From the NCBI GenBank assembly GCA_963783305.1, contig CAWAMW010000016.1:64001-128000 (forward strand): a stretch of 64,000 nt of DNA, in the 5' to 3' direction. This document shows, in pieces, positions 29,121 through 38,666 of the stretch. Both the position numbers and the translations under genes were made by a program. The DNA comes from an uncultured Gemmatimonadales bacterium. Its GTDB lineage: Bacteria > Gemmatimonadota > Gemmatimonadetes > Longimicrobiales > RSA9. Each line of letters begins with the position of its first letter. The first letter of the stretch is position 1. Below the pieces are notes generated by a model. That model was given only the letters and a program-made list of their open reading frames with translations. It ran no database searches and had not been told where the DNA came from.

Positions 29121-31370
29121 CTACATGCCCTTGAAGGGATTGAGGCCGACGGCGTCCACCTCCGCGGCGAACTCGTCGATGATCTCCGGCAGGCGGCGGA
29201 ACTGGTCGATGGGGAGCTGGACCAGCCGCACCCGCTCCTCCTCCAGCGCCAGCTGCTGGAGCTTCTCCCGGACGTTCTTGCTCCGGGTCTCCATCAGCTC
29301 GCTGCCCCGGATGTAGTGGCACTGGTAATCCTCACCGGAACGGCAGCCCACGAGCAGCACGCCGTCGAAGCCGCGCGCCAGCGCGTCGGCCACCCAGACC
29401 ACGTTCACCGAGCCCAGGCAGCGCACCGGGATGAACCGGATGAACGCCGAGTGGCGGATGCGGTTGAGGCCGGCGGCGTCCAGGGCCGGGTAGCCGTCGT
29501 TCTCGCAGAGGAATCCCAGCAGACGCGGCTTCTCATCCCATTCGTCCGGGATGTTCACCGCCTTGATCATCGAAGACACGATCTCCGGTGAGTAATCGTC
29601 GAAGGAGATGATCCGCTCGGGGCATGCCCCCATGCAGATGCCGCAGCGGCGGCACCGGAGCGGGTTCGGCTGCGGCGTGCCCTTGGCGTCCTCGTTGAGC
29701 GTGCCGAACGGGCACTCCTCCGTGCAGCGCTTGCACTGGGTGCACCGCTGGAGCGCGAACTCCGGGTGCGACATGTCGCCCCAGCGCGGGTGCACCGTCT
29801 CGCCCTTCGCCGCCAGCACCACCGTCTGGATCGCCTTGAGCGCTGCGCCCGAGCCGTCCTCCCGCGCCATCATGGAGTCCTGCGGCGCCCGGACCGCGCC
29901 CGCCGCGTAGATGCCCGTCCGGCGGGTTTCGTACGGGAAGCAGATGAAGTGGGAGTCCGGGAAGTCGTACTTCAGCACCGGCAGGTCCGGCCCCTGGCGG
30001 TAGCCGAGGCCCAGGACCGACTCGCCCTCCAGGTGGGCGAGCGACTCCACGGTGGCCTTGGCCGCCTCGAGCTGTGCGCCCTGCTCGTCCTTGCCGACGA
30101 TCGCCTTCGCATCCGTGTAGCGGCGGAGCGCCTCTCCGTCCACGGAGCGCGGCACCATCCCCGTGGCGAGGACGACCAGGTCGGCCTCGATGTCGATGGC
30201 GTCGCCCAGGAGGGAGTGCTCGCCGTGGACCACGAGCGCGTCGCCCGACGGCTCCACGCCCGTCACATCGGCCTTGGTGAAGAAGATGCCGCTGTCCTCC
30301 TGCGCCCGGCGGTAGAGCTCCTCGTACTGCCCCGGGGTGCGGATATCCTTGTAGAGGACGTAGACCTCGGCCCGGGGGTCGAGCTCGCGGGCGACGAGCG
30401 CCTGCTTGATGCTCACCCGGCAGCAGACCGCGGAGCAGTAGGGCAGGTGATCGGCGTCGCGGGACCCGGCGCACTGGATGAACGCGATGCGGCGCGGCGG
30501 AGCGTCGTCGCCCGGCCGATGGATCCGGCCCGCGGCGATCATCTCCTCCATCTGCACGTTGGTGATCACGTTCGGGGAGTGGCCGTAGCCGAGGTGCCCG
30601 AGGCGAGACGCGTCGTACGGCTTCCAGCCGGTGGCCTGGACGATGGACCCGGCGCGCACAGCCGTGGCGCCGTCGTTGGACCGGAGCGAGACATCGAACT
30701 GCCCCGGCTGGCCCGTGATCTCCTCGATGGTCGTGCCCGTGTGGACCGTGATACGGGGGTCCGCCTCCACCTGCATGACCTGGTCGGCGACCCTGGAGAC
30801 CTCTACGTCCCGATAAGGCGGGCGGTGCTGAAGCTGACGGGCGAACCGGCCCATCCAGCCGCCGAGCCGATCCTCCTTCTCCACCAGGACCACCGCGTGG
30901 CCGGCACGTGCGCCATCCAGCGCAGCGCTCATCCCCGCCACACCGCCACCCACCACCAGGATCGTTTGGTCCACCTCCTCCTGGACGGGGTGCGGGACGT
31001 GGGCCTTCGTCACGCGCACGATGCCCATCCGCAGATAATCCTCGGCGAGCATCTGGGTGTCCTCGTCGTTCGGCTCGTGGCTCCACACCACGTGCTCGCG
31101 CAGGTTCACCCGCTCCGTCTGGACGCCCTCGAACGTGAACGCGTCCGCCATCACCCGCGGGGAGCACCCGGCCACCACGATGGCGGTCACGCCCTCCTCA
31201 CGGATGTCCCGCCCGATCTGCTCCCGCCCCTCGTCCCCGCACAGACACGCGTGCTCCCGGCACGTACCAATCCCCTGCTCGCCCGTGGCCACCCCGGCCA
31301 GCGCCGTGAGGTCCAGGGAGTCGCCGATTCCGCACCCGCTGCAGACGTATACCGCCGTGTTCTTATCCAT
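29121..31370 (-). CDS. qmoB: QmoB (HdrA-like plus MvhD domain)
   Basis: Start MDKNTAVYVCSGCGIG; GGGVAG, QCAGSRD, DSHFICFPYETRRTG, CTQCKRCTEECP, FLCENDGYP, PVRCLGS. Confidence 0.96.
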   Translation of the reverse strand: MDKNTAVYVCSGCGIGDSLDLTALAGVATGEQGIGTCREHACLCGDEGREQIGRDIREEGVTAIVVAGCSPRVMADAFTFEGVQTERVNLREHVVWSHEPNDEDTQMLAEDYLRMGIVRVTKAHVPHPVQEEVDQTILVVGGGVAGMSAALDGARAGHAVVLVEKEDRLGGWMGRFARQLQHRPPYRDVEVSRVADQVMQVEADPRITVHTGTTIEEITGQPGQFDVSLRSNDGATAVRAGSIVQATGWKPYDASRLGHLGYGHSPNVITNVQMEEMIAAGRIHRPGDDAPPRRIAFIQCAGSRDADHLPYCSAVCCRVSIKQALVARELDPRAEVYVLYKDIRTPGQYEELYRRAQEDSGIFFTKADVTGVEPSGDALVVHGEHSLLGDAIDIEADLVVLATGMVPRSVDGEALRRYTDAKAIVGKDEQGAQLEAAKATVESLAHLEGESVLGLGYRQGPDLPVLKYDFPDSHFICFPYETRRTGIYAAGAVRAPQDSMMAREDGSGAALKAIQTVVLAAKGETVHPRWGDMSHPEFALQRCTQCKRCTEECPFGTLNEDAKGTPQPNPLRCRRCGICMGACPERIISFDDYSPEIVSSMIKAVNIPDEWDEKPRLLGFLCENDGYPALDAAGLNRIRHSAFIRFIPVRCLGSVNVVWVADALARGFDGVLLVGCRSGEDYQCHYIRGSELMETRSKNVREKLQQLALEEERVRLVQLPIDQFRRLPEIIDEFAAEVDAVGLNPFKGM

Positions 31371-32700
31371 GGCTCTGTCCCCCCGCCATGGCCGGGACGG
31401 GCTCGTCCGCGGCCGGTTCCATCGTACCGATCGCGTCCGGCGCGGCCCCGGCGACCCCGAGGGCGCGGATCGCTCCCGCCGTGGCGTCGCGCACACACGC
31501 AGCCACGTCGATGGGGCGCTTGGCGCAGCCCACGGGCAACATCCCGGGTAGCGGCTGGTCCGGCGCCAGGAACCCGAAGTCGTCGGTCTCCATCCCGCCC
31601 TCCAGGCGCGCGCCGCCGATCCCCGCGGGGATCATCCCCGTAGCCAGGACCACCAGGTCCACCACGCGGCGGACCCGCTCGCCCGTGAGCGTGTCCTCGG
31701 CCTCCACCTCGAGCCCGTCTCCCTCAGGCGTCACCCGCCCGACCTTGCCTTTGATGAGCGTGAGCTTCTCGTCCGTCTGCGATGCGGCGTAGAAGTCCTC
31801 GAGGCGTCCGGGTGCCCGGATGTCGATGTAGAAGACGTAGATCTCGGCGTCCGGATAGCGGGCGCGGACGTAGCGCGCCTGCTTGAGCGAGGCCAGGCAG
31901 CAGACGCCCGAGCAGTGCCGGTAGTGGTTTTCGTCCCTCGACCCGGCGCACTGGACGAACGCCACGGAGCGGATGGGATCGCCGTTCGAGGGCCTCACGA
32001 GCTCGCCGCGCGTGGGTCCGTTCGGGGCCGCCAGCCGCTCCAGCATCACGTTGGTGAGGATGTCCGGGTGGGTGCCGAAGCCGAGCCCCTCGAAGCGGGC
32101 CGCGTCCGGCGGGTTCCAGCCGGTCGCCCAGACCACCGCACCCACGTCCAGCTCCTCGGTCTCCTCGGCCATGCCCAGGTCGATGGCGTCGAAGGGGCAG
32201 GCGGGGAGGCACTTGCCGCAGCTCTCGCCAGGGCAGACGCTGCCATCGATCGCGAAGCGGAAGGGGTAGGCCATCTCGAACGGCAGGTACGCCGCACTCG
32301 TGGTCGTCATCCCGAGGTTGTAGGCATCGGGCCGTTCCACCGGGCATACGTCCGCGCAGGCGCCGCACGCCGTGCAGCTCTCGCGCACGAAACGCGGGCT
32401 CTTCCGGATCGTGGCCCGATAATGGCCCGGGTCGCCGGTGATGCTCTCCACCTCCGCCAGCGTGAGGACCCGGATCCGCGGGCTGGTCTTGATCCGGCGC
32501 ACGTTGATCTCGAGACCGCACGTGGGGGGGCACAACTTGGGGAAGTACTCGTTCAGCGCGGCGACCCGCCCGCCCAGATACGCGGCCTTCTCCACCAGCA
32601 CGACCTCCGCACCGGCCTCCGAGGCCTCGACCGCCGCAGTGATCCCACTGATCCCGCCGCCCACCACCAGCAGCCGCGGCCCCGCTCCCCGCGCCGTCAC
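31363..32700 (-). CDS. qmoA: QmoA (HdrA-like)
   Basis: GGGISG, YFPKLCPPTCG, QCAGSRDEN, DIRAPG. Confidence 0.95.
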   Translation of the reverse strand: MTARGAGPRLLVVGGGISGITAAVEASEAGAEVVLVEKAAYLGGRVAALNEYFPKLCPPTCGLEINVRRIKTSPRIRVLTLAEVESITGDPGHYRATIRKSPRFVRESCTACGACADVCPVERPDAYNLGMTTTSAAYLPFEMAYPFRFAIDGSVCPGESCGKCLPACPFDAIDLGMAEETEELDVGAVVWATGWNPPDAARFEGLGFGTHPDILTNVMLERLAAPNGPTRGELVRPSNGDPIRSVAFVQCAGSRDENHYRHCSGVCCLASLKQARYVRARYPDAEIYVFYIDIRAPGRLEDFYAASQTDEKLTLIKGKVGRVTPEGDGLEVEAEDTLTGERVRRVVDLVVLATGMIPAGIGGARLEGGMETDDFGFLAPDQPLPGMLPVGCAKRPIDVAACVRDATAGAIRALGVAGAAPDAIGTMEPAADEPVPAMAGGQSHG

Positions 32701-33615
32701 GGCGCGCCACCCGGGACCACCTCGGAGTCCGCGGCCGTGCGGGCCCCGCGACCCCGCTTCTCGATGATCCGCTTCTCCAGCCGCTCCTGCACTTCCGCCA
32801 CCGCGTCCTCGCGCAGCTTCATGGTGGCCTCCCGGAACAGCGCGAAGCGCAGCCAGAGGAAGCCGAAGCGCAGCAGCGCCTCGTCGCTCTGCCGCATCTC
32901 GTCCACCAGGTCCTCGTCCACATCGAACTTCCGCAGCAGCGAGCTCTCGAAGACGAAGGTGCGGAATCCGTCGAGGTCGTACATGGCCCGGAAGAACATC
33001 TCGAGACGCTCCGGCGAGAGCACGCCGCCGTTCTCGAAGAACTCGTGCAGCGTCAGCTCCTTGTACGCCTCACCCCAGCGGTCGTACTCCTCCACGCCCT
33101 GGGCGTCCATCCACTCGCCGACGGTCCATTCGCTGGCCTCATCGAACCCGCGGCAGCCTTCCTCCTCCAGCAGGAAGTAGAAGCGCTCGCCGCGCCAGCC
33201 GTCGGCCGTGTCGCGCGCGGCGGCCAGGCCCAGCGGGTACATGCGGCAGGGCCACGGGCGGTCCTCGTAGATCCCGCAGCCGGCGGCGGTGACGAAGGGG
33301 CAGCTGCGGGTCTCGTCGTCGTTCATCCGCAGCACCACGACCGGCGTCGTCATGTCCTTCTGGACGGGGAGGAGCGTGTGACGGTCGAGGAACTCGGCCG
33401 ATCCCAGCCCCAGCCGCCGCCTCATGCGGAGCACGTCGTACGGGGAGAGGAAGATGTTGACGTCGCTGCAGCACTTGTTGAAGCAGGATATGCCGGGGTG
33501 ACAGCCGAAGCGGAAGGTGTCGGTCCGGTCCCAGGCGCGGTCGGTCCTGGAGGATCCGCTCCTCCAGCGTGCCCGTGGCCGCGCCCGACGGGGCGGGGGA
33601 GGTGGCGTCGCTCAT
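32697..33615 (-). pseudogene. YkgJ-family cysteine-cluster protein with a 1-nt frameshift near 33522 (pseudogene or sequencing indel)
   Basis: ATG 33615 gives MSDAT...RLGPD. Removing one base near 33522-33526 continues DTFRFGCHPGISCFNKCCSDVNIFLSPYD, in frame with the ORF ending at 32697 (CPF, CGIYEDRPWPCRMYP). Confidence 0.8.
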
Positions 33616-33908
33616 GGCTGCTCCTCGTCGTCGTCCACGATCATCTCGCGCGTGGCCTGCGCCGACCAGACCGGGACCATGATCCCGGCGTTCTGGCCCG
33701 GGTTCCAGGCGTAGCGGTAGGAAGCGTTCTGCTGGTACTGCTCCCGCATCCAGTTCCAGCCCTGGACGAAGTAGGGGCAGTCATCGTCGAAGCAGACCCG
33801 GAAGAACTCGTCGTTCCAGCTGGTGCCGTCCGGCACCCGCCAGGTCCGCAGGAGTGACCCGCAGTGCGGGCAGATCGTCTGACGGTCCTCGATTACAGCG
33901 TCCATCAC
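33612..33908 (-). CDS. Small zinc-ribbon-like hypothetical protein
   Basis: CPHC and CFDDDCPY Cys motifs; stop overlaps the ykgJ-like start. Confidence 0.75.
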   Translation of the reverse strand: MMDAVIEDRQTICPHCGSLLRTWRVPDGTSWNDEFFRVCFDDDCPYFVQGWNWMREQYQQNASYRYAWNPGQNAGIMVPVWSAQATREMIVDDDEEQP

Positions 33909-34031
33909 AGTGCCCCCCGATCAGCGGGGCGGGCGGCCCCTGGCGGCGACGTCGCCACCCGGAGCGCCTCGTCCCTCCAGCGCTCTACAAACCGACGGGG
34001 ACGCGCACCGCAGCGCGCGCCCCCGACGGGC

Positions 34032-35951
34032 TCAGTGTGCCGCCACCAGCTTCGGTGACTCCATCGTGATGTACTTCACCGGGCGCTTGATCATCTGCCA
34101 GGTGTTCGACGCCTGATCGAACCTGCAGTTGCAGAAGGCCAACCAGTTGTCGTTGTCCATGTGCGGCTTGTCCGCACGGAAGTAGTAGCCAGGCCAGCGC
34201 GTCTCCTCCCGGAACAGCATGGACCGCACGTGCGCTTCGCCCTGGTACATCCGGTGCACCGCCTCCCACGCCCGCATCAGCTCGTGCAGGCTCTCGGCGC
34301 CCAGGCTCTCCGCGTCCTCCTTCAGGAAGTCGATGAGCTCCAGCCCCTTCTCCATCAGCTTGTCGTTCGTCTTGAACTGCGACGACACGCCGCCCGCATA
34401 CTCGTCCATGATCTTCTGCAGCCGATACATGAACTGCTGCGGCCGGATGTAGCTGGGGTTGATGTCCGGGTCCGTGGTCTCGTTCTTGTGCTCCTCGAAC
34501 GTGGCCAGCGGCTTGAGGACCTTCGCCCGGAGCAGCTCCACCTGCGCCTCATCGACGACCGGCGCCTCGTTGTGGTCCAGGATGTAGGAGAGCGCCGCCT
34601 TGCCGGCGATCCGTCCCTCCGTGAAGGAGCCGGACGAGAACTTGTGGCTGGAGGCGCCCGTGGCGTCGCCGGCGGCGAACAGCCCGTCCACCGTCGTCAT
34701 CCCCGGATAGCCCCAGAAGTACTCATCCTTCGTCTCGTCGGTCTGCAGGTCCTCCGGACCGGAGACCCACGCGCCCGAAGCGCCCGAGTGCGAGCCGATG
34801 AAGTACGGATCGCACGCCATGATCTCCGACGGCTTCTTGTCCGGCTCGGTGTTGTTCGCCGCCCAGAGGATCGCCTGGGAGATCGTCATGTCGAGGAAAT
34901 CCTCCCACGCCTCGGCCTCGAGCTCCTTCAGCTTCTTTTTGGCTTCCTTCTCGTCCCCCGCCTCATCCGCGATCCGCTTGATGGCATCGGCCGTCTGCAT
35001 GTAGATCGGGCTCTTGCCATCCATGACATCCAGCATCATCAGCCAGTTGCGGATGTTCGCCGGACGCGGCTTCACCTTCCCGTACGGCTCCCACTTGTCG
35101 AGCTCGTACTCGTTGTCCTTCATGTAGTTGCCGCCGTACGCGTTCGTGGCCATCGCCTTGAACAGCAGGAACCACGCGCCCACCGGGCCGTACGCGTCCT
35201 TGAAGCGCACCGGGATGAACCGCACCTCCTGGCACGTCATCTCCGCACCCGCGTACAGCGTGAAGAACGCGCTCGCCCCGGAGTTGAACGGCGGATACCA
35301 CGACCGACCGAACCCCTCGCCCGTCGAACGCGGCTTGAACACGTGCACCGCGCCGCCCATGGCAGCCATCACCGCCTTCGCGCGGAACACGTACACCTTG
35401 TTCTCACGCACGCTGAAGCCGATGGCGCCCACGCACTTGTTCCCGTTCATCAGCGGATGCGTGATGAAGACGCGCTCGAAGTACTCACCCTTCGCCTTCG
35501 CCAGCGCGTTCTTCGCCGCCTCCGCCACGATCACCTTGTACGACTCGCCGTTGATCATCAGCTGCCAACGGCCCTCGTGGACGTAGCTGCCCTCCTGGTC
35601 CTTCCAGATCGGCAGACCCCACTTCTCGAACAGGTGCACCGTGTTGTCCACGTGGCGCGCGATGTTCGCCACCAGGTCCTCGCGCGTGATCCCCATCAGG
35701 TCGTTGCGCACGTAGTCGCAATAGTCCTTCAGGGTGTTCTTCCCGCTGTTCAGGTCCACGTACTGGTTGATCGCGGACAGCCCCATGGCCACCGCGCCCG
35801 ACCGGTCCATGGCCGCCTTGTCCACCACTGTCACCTTCAGCCCGTGCTCGCGCGCCCAGTACGATGCCTCCACCGCCGCGCCGCACGCAGCCATACCGCC
35901 CCCGCAGATAAGCAGGTCGGTATCGACCACTACAGTCTCGAAGTCCATCAT
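34032..35951 (-). CDS. aprA: APS reductase alpha subunit
   Basis: GGGMAACG, RSGAVAMGLSAIN, WQLMINGESYK, HKFSSGSFTEGR, EETRWPGYY. Confidence 0.98.
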   Translation of the reverse strand: MMDFETVVVDTDLLICGGGMAACGAAVEASYWAREHGLKVTVVDKAAMDRSGAVAMGLSAINQYVDLNSGKNTLKDYCDYVRNDLMGITREDLVANIARHVDNTVHLFEKWGLPIWKDQEGSYVHEGRWQLMINGESYKVIVAEAAKNALAKAKGEYFERVFITHPLMNGNKCVGAIGFSVRENKVYVFRAKAVMAAMGGAVHVFKPRSTGEGFGRSWYPPFNSGASAFFTLYAGAEMTCQEVRFIPVRFKDAYGPVGAWFLLFKAMATNAYGGNYMKDNEYELDKWEPYGKVKPRPANIRNWLMMLDVMDGKSPIYMQTADAIKRIADEAGDEKEAKKKLKELEAEAWEDFLDMTISQAILWAANNTEPDKKPSEIMACDPYFIGSHSGASGAWVSGPEDLQTDETKDEYFWGYPGMTTVDGLFAAGDATGASSHKFSSGSFTEGRIAGKAALSYILDHNEAPVVDEAQVELLRAKVLKPLATFEEHKNETTDPDINPSYIRPQQFMYRLQKIMDEYAGGVSSQFKTNDKLMEKGLELIDFLKEDAESLGAESLHELMRAWEAVHRMYQGEAHVRSMLFREETRWPGYYFRADKPHMDNDNWLAFCNCRFDQASNTWQMIKRPVKYITMESPKLVAAH

Positions 35952-36000
35952 GTGTCCTTTCTCCTCGCGATGACTCGCGCCGTGTTGGTACCGTTCCCGG

Positions 36001-36468
36001 TTACAGCGTGGGGACCTTGTCGAACTTCAGCGGACCCCGCTCCGTATTCAGTCCTTCCGGCTCCGACATGAGTGTCGAACTCCTGATGTCATTGTCCGCC
36101 GTCGAGTAGTGTCCAAAGGGGTCCGCCTGTCCCTCGGCCACGCCCCGCCGGGTCGGGAACTTGAAACGCTTCGGACGGATCTGACTGTCCCGGAACTGCA
36201 CCGTCCACATGATGTCCTCGCTGCTCCGCATGGCCGTCACCTTCGCCCCCATCGGCACGAAGTCGGCATAGCCACGCACCTCGATCGCCTGGTTCGGGCA
36301 GATCTTCACGCAGCTGTAGCACTCCCAGCACATCTGCGGGTCCTGGTTGTACGCCTTCATGGTGTCCTTGTTGAGCACCATGAGATCGTTTGGACAGATG
36401 TACTGGCAGGCCGTCTTATCCAGCGCCTTGCACCCGTCACACTTGTCCGGGATCACGTAGCTCGGCAT
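36001..36468 (-). CDS. aprB: APS reductase beta subunit
   Basis: MPSYVIPDKCDGCK, CQYICPNDLM, CWECYSCVKICP, RGYADFVP. Confidence 0.98.
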   Translation of the reverse strand: MPSYVIPDKCDGCKALDKTACQYICPNDLMVLNKDTMKAYNQDPQMCWECYSCVKICPNQAIEVRGYADFVPMGAKVTAMRSSEDIMWTVQFRDSQIRPKRFKFPTRRGVAEGQADPFGHYSTADNDIRSSTLMSEPEGLNTERGPLKFDKVPTL

Positions 36469-36515
36469 CCGTCTTTTCCTTTCCGCGCCGTGCGCGTCTT
36501 CGCAGGGGGTCCGAA

Positions 36516-36533
36516 TTGTGAATTTCTTCACGA
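36516..36533. promoter_or_regulatory. Rex operator upstream of aprB
   Basis: TTGTGAA-TTTC-TTCACGA versus Rex consensus TTGTGAA-N4-TTCACAA; about 50 nt upstream of aprB; rex gene adjacent. Confidence 0.85.
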
Positions 36534-36619
36534 TTTCGACCGCGGGCTTCCTCCCATCAGTCCTAGGGCGTCAGCGGCAGATCCGGCTAGCAGGGTCCAG
36601 GAGGGTCGCGCCGCCTAAT

Positions 36620-36637
36620 TCGGGACAGAATTCACGA
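36620..36637. promoter_or_regulatory. Possible second, weaker Rex operator
   Basis: TCGGGAC-AGAA-TTCACGA; one good half-site, downstream of the putative -35. Confidence 0.45.
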
Positions 36638-36641
36638 TTGC

Positions 36642-36670
36642 TCATTAAGCCCCCCGCGCCGCCCTGTCAA
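36642..36670 (-). promoter_or_regulatory. Putative sigma70 promoter of the apr-qmo-sat-dsr run
   Basis: Perfect TTGACA on the minus strand at 36670-36665; AT-rich CTTAATGA where the -10 should fall (weak match). Confidence 0.5.
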
Positions 36671-36679
36671 GGATTTTTG

Positions 36680-36693
36680 TTGACGTATGTTAA
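36680..36693. promoter_or_regulatory. FNR/CRP-like near-palindrome TTGACGTATGTTAA
   Basis: One mismatch from TTGAC-N4-GTCAA; same motif recurs at 37646-37659. Confidence 0.5.
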
Positions 36694-36775
36694 ACATCAT
36701 GCGTGGGTGGGGAAATACGGCGGTGTATCACGCTGTCAGGCAACGACTTGAGAGACGTCTGGGGGTGGGGGAGTG

Positions 36776-37510
36776 TTACGCTCCGTGGAGGGAGGCACTG
36801 GCTGCGCCAACTGTTTCCGAAGTCGCTCCGGCCCCGGATTCACCGACGTTCAGGTCGGCCTCTTCGGACCCCTCCGGGGCCGCCTCGCTCTGCGTCCGCA
36901 GGTGGTAGGAGATCTCGGCCAGCCCGACGGAGATATGCTCGTTGCGAACGAGAACGGAGCTGGGGACGGTGAGGCGGACGGGGCTGAAGTTCCAGATCGC
37001 CCTGACCCCGCCGAGGACCACCAGGTCGGCCACCCCCTGGGTGACGGGGCCGGGGGTGGTGAGCACGGCGAGGGGAATACGGTGCTCCTGGATGTACGGC
37101 TTTAGCTGGTGGACCGACTGGATGGTCAGACCGCCTTCCCGGTCGCCCACCACCCCGAGGTCGCTGTCGAAGGCCGCCACGATATTCAGCCCGAACCGCT
37201 CGAAGCCCTCGTAGTTGAGAATGGCCGCGCCCAGGTGGCCGGTCCCCACCAGTACCGCCCGGTACGACTCGTCGAAGCCGAGCTCCCGCCGGATGGTCCG
37301 GCAGACCTCGCACACGTCGTAACCCACCCGGCTCATCCCCGAGAGTCCGACGGCGGCGAAGTCCTTCCGCACCTGGCTGGCGTCCACGTCGAGGAACCTG
37401 CCCAGCTCGGCGCTCGTGATCGTCTCCACCGGTCGCCTTGCCGTGAGATCCGCAAGGTGCCGGTAGTAGCGGATCAGCCGATCGAGAACCACACGACGCA
37501 TAAATGCCAC
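36776..37510 (-). CDS. rex: Redox-sensing transcriptional repressor Rex
   Basis: RLIRYYR, ITSAELG, QVRKDF, GY, GTGHLG Rossmann motif, AIWNFSP. Confidence 0.95.
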   Translation of the reverse strand: MAFMRRVVLDRLIRYYRHLADLTARRPVETITSAELGRFLDVDASQVRKDFAAVGLSGMSRVGYDVCEVCRTIRRELGFDESYRAVLVGTGHLGAAILNYEGFERFGLNIVAAFDSDLGVVGDREGGLTIQSVHQLKPYIQEHRIPLAVLTTPGPVTQGVADLVVLGGVRAIWNFSPVRLTVPSSVLVRNEHISVGLAEISYHLRTQSEAAPEGSEEADLNVGESGAGATSETVGAASASLHGA

Positions 37511-37645
37511 CCAGCCCCTTCATGACGAAAGCCCGCACGGCATGGGTTCTTTCAAAACCACGCCCGTCCCGCGCAATCCTCGCCATCGGGGGGGCCGCGG
37601 TCAAGTGTATTGCAGCGCGCGGGGAGCGGGGCGCGGGGAAAAAGC

Positions 37646-37697
37646 TTGACGTGGGTTAAGCATTGACGTACAGGTGCATTCGTGAAACATGCCACAA
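37646..37697 (+). promoter_or_regulatory. Promoter of the dsrMK-like operon with overlapping Rex box
   Basis: TTGACG (37646)-N17-TACAGG (37669); TTGACGTGGGTTAA near-palindrome; Rex-like TCGTGAA-ACAT-GCCACAA at 37680-37697 near the expected TSS. Confidence 0.65.
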
Positions 37698-37757
37698 TTG
37701 ACCGGCTGGGGGCGGTGCGGTGCGGCTGGGTGTCGACGCCTTTCGGAAGAGGTGGAT

Positions 37758-38666
37758 ATGTGGGGACCGGTACTGCTGGCCGCGTGCTACGGGCTGCTCG
37801 GGGTGTTCGTGGTGGGGTTCATCGTGCGTGCGGTGCGAATTGCGCGGCTGCCGGTGCACCTGCGGTGGGAGCTTGCGCCGGTGCCGAAGGAGAAGGGGCG
37901 AGGTCGGTATGGGGGATCGTACCTGGAGGAGTACGAGTGGTGGAAGAAGCCGCGGGAGGAGTCGCGGCTGAGTGAGCTGGTGTACATGGGTCGGGAGATC
38001 CTGCTGTTGAAGGCACTGCGGGAGCATAACCGTGCGCTGTGGTGGGTCTCCTTTCCGTTCCACTGGGGTCTCTACCTGCTGCTGGGTGCGACGGGCCTGG
38101 CGGTGTTGGCGGGGCTGCTGGGGCTGGCGGGGACCGGCGGAGCGGCGGGTCCCGTGGTGGCCGCGCTGGGTCCGGTGGCCATGGCCGGATACGCGCTTGG
38201 GATGGTGGGTGCCGTGGGGCTTCTGATCCGGCGCATGACGGTGCGGGCTCTCCGCATGATGACGACGCGCGTGGCCTACCTGAACCTGGTCCTGCTGGGG
38301 ATCGTCTTCGGCACGGGGTTGTGGGGGGCGGCGACGGTGCCGGCGTACGGGGAACGGATGCTGGAGCTGGGCGGGTCACTGCTCCGGGCGGACGCCGGTG
38401 GAGTCCCCGTAGCGTTGGCCGCGCACCTGATGGCGACGCTGGTGTTCCTGGCCTATCTGCCGTTCAGCCAGATGATGCACTTCGTGGCGAAGTACTTCAC
38501 GTACCACCAGGTCCGGTGGGACGACGAGCCGCTGGTACGTGGGGGCGCACTGGAGCGTGAAGTGGTGGAGCTCCTCCAGCAGCCGGTGACGTGGGCTGGA
38601 GCGCACGTGGGGGCGGACGGAACACGGAACTGGGTGGACATCGCGACCCGGGAGGTGGGACAATGA
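37758..38666 (+). CDS. Second DsrM-like (NarI-family) b-cytochrome membrane subunit
   Basis: PVHLRWELAPVP, FPFHWGLY, AHL, YLPFSQMMHF; five TMs. Confidence 0.85.
   Translation: MWGPVLLAACYGLLGVFVVGFIVRAVRIARLPVHLRWELAPVPKEKGRGRYGGSYLEEYEWWKKPREESRLSELVYMGREILLLKALREHNRALWWVSFPFHWGLYLLLGATGLAVLAGLLGLAGTGGAAGPVVAALGPVAMAGYALGMVGAVGLLIRRMTVRALRMMTTRVAYLNLVLLGIVFGTGLWGAATVPAYGERMLELGGSLLRADAGGVPVALAAHLMATLVFLAYLPFSQMMHFVAKYFTYHQVRWDDEPLVRGGALEREVVELLQQPVTWAGAHVGADGTRNWVDIATREVGQ

Noticed and set aside
37758..38666. NarI-like protein as a nitrate reductase subunit
   Set aside because: No narGH; it is paired with a DsrK-like gene.
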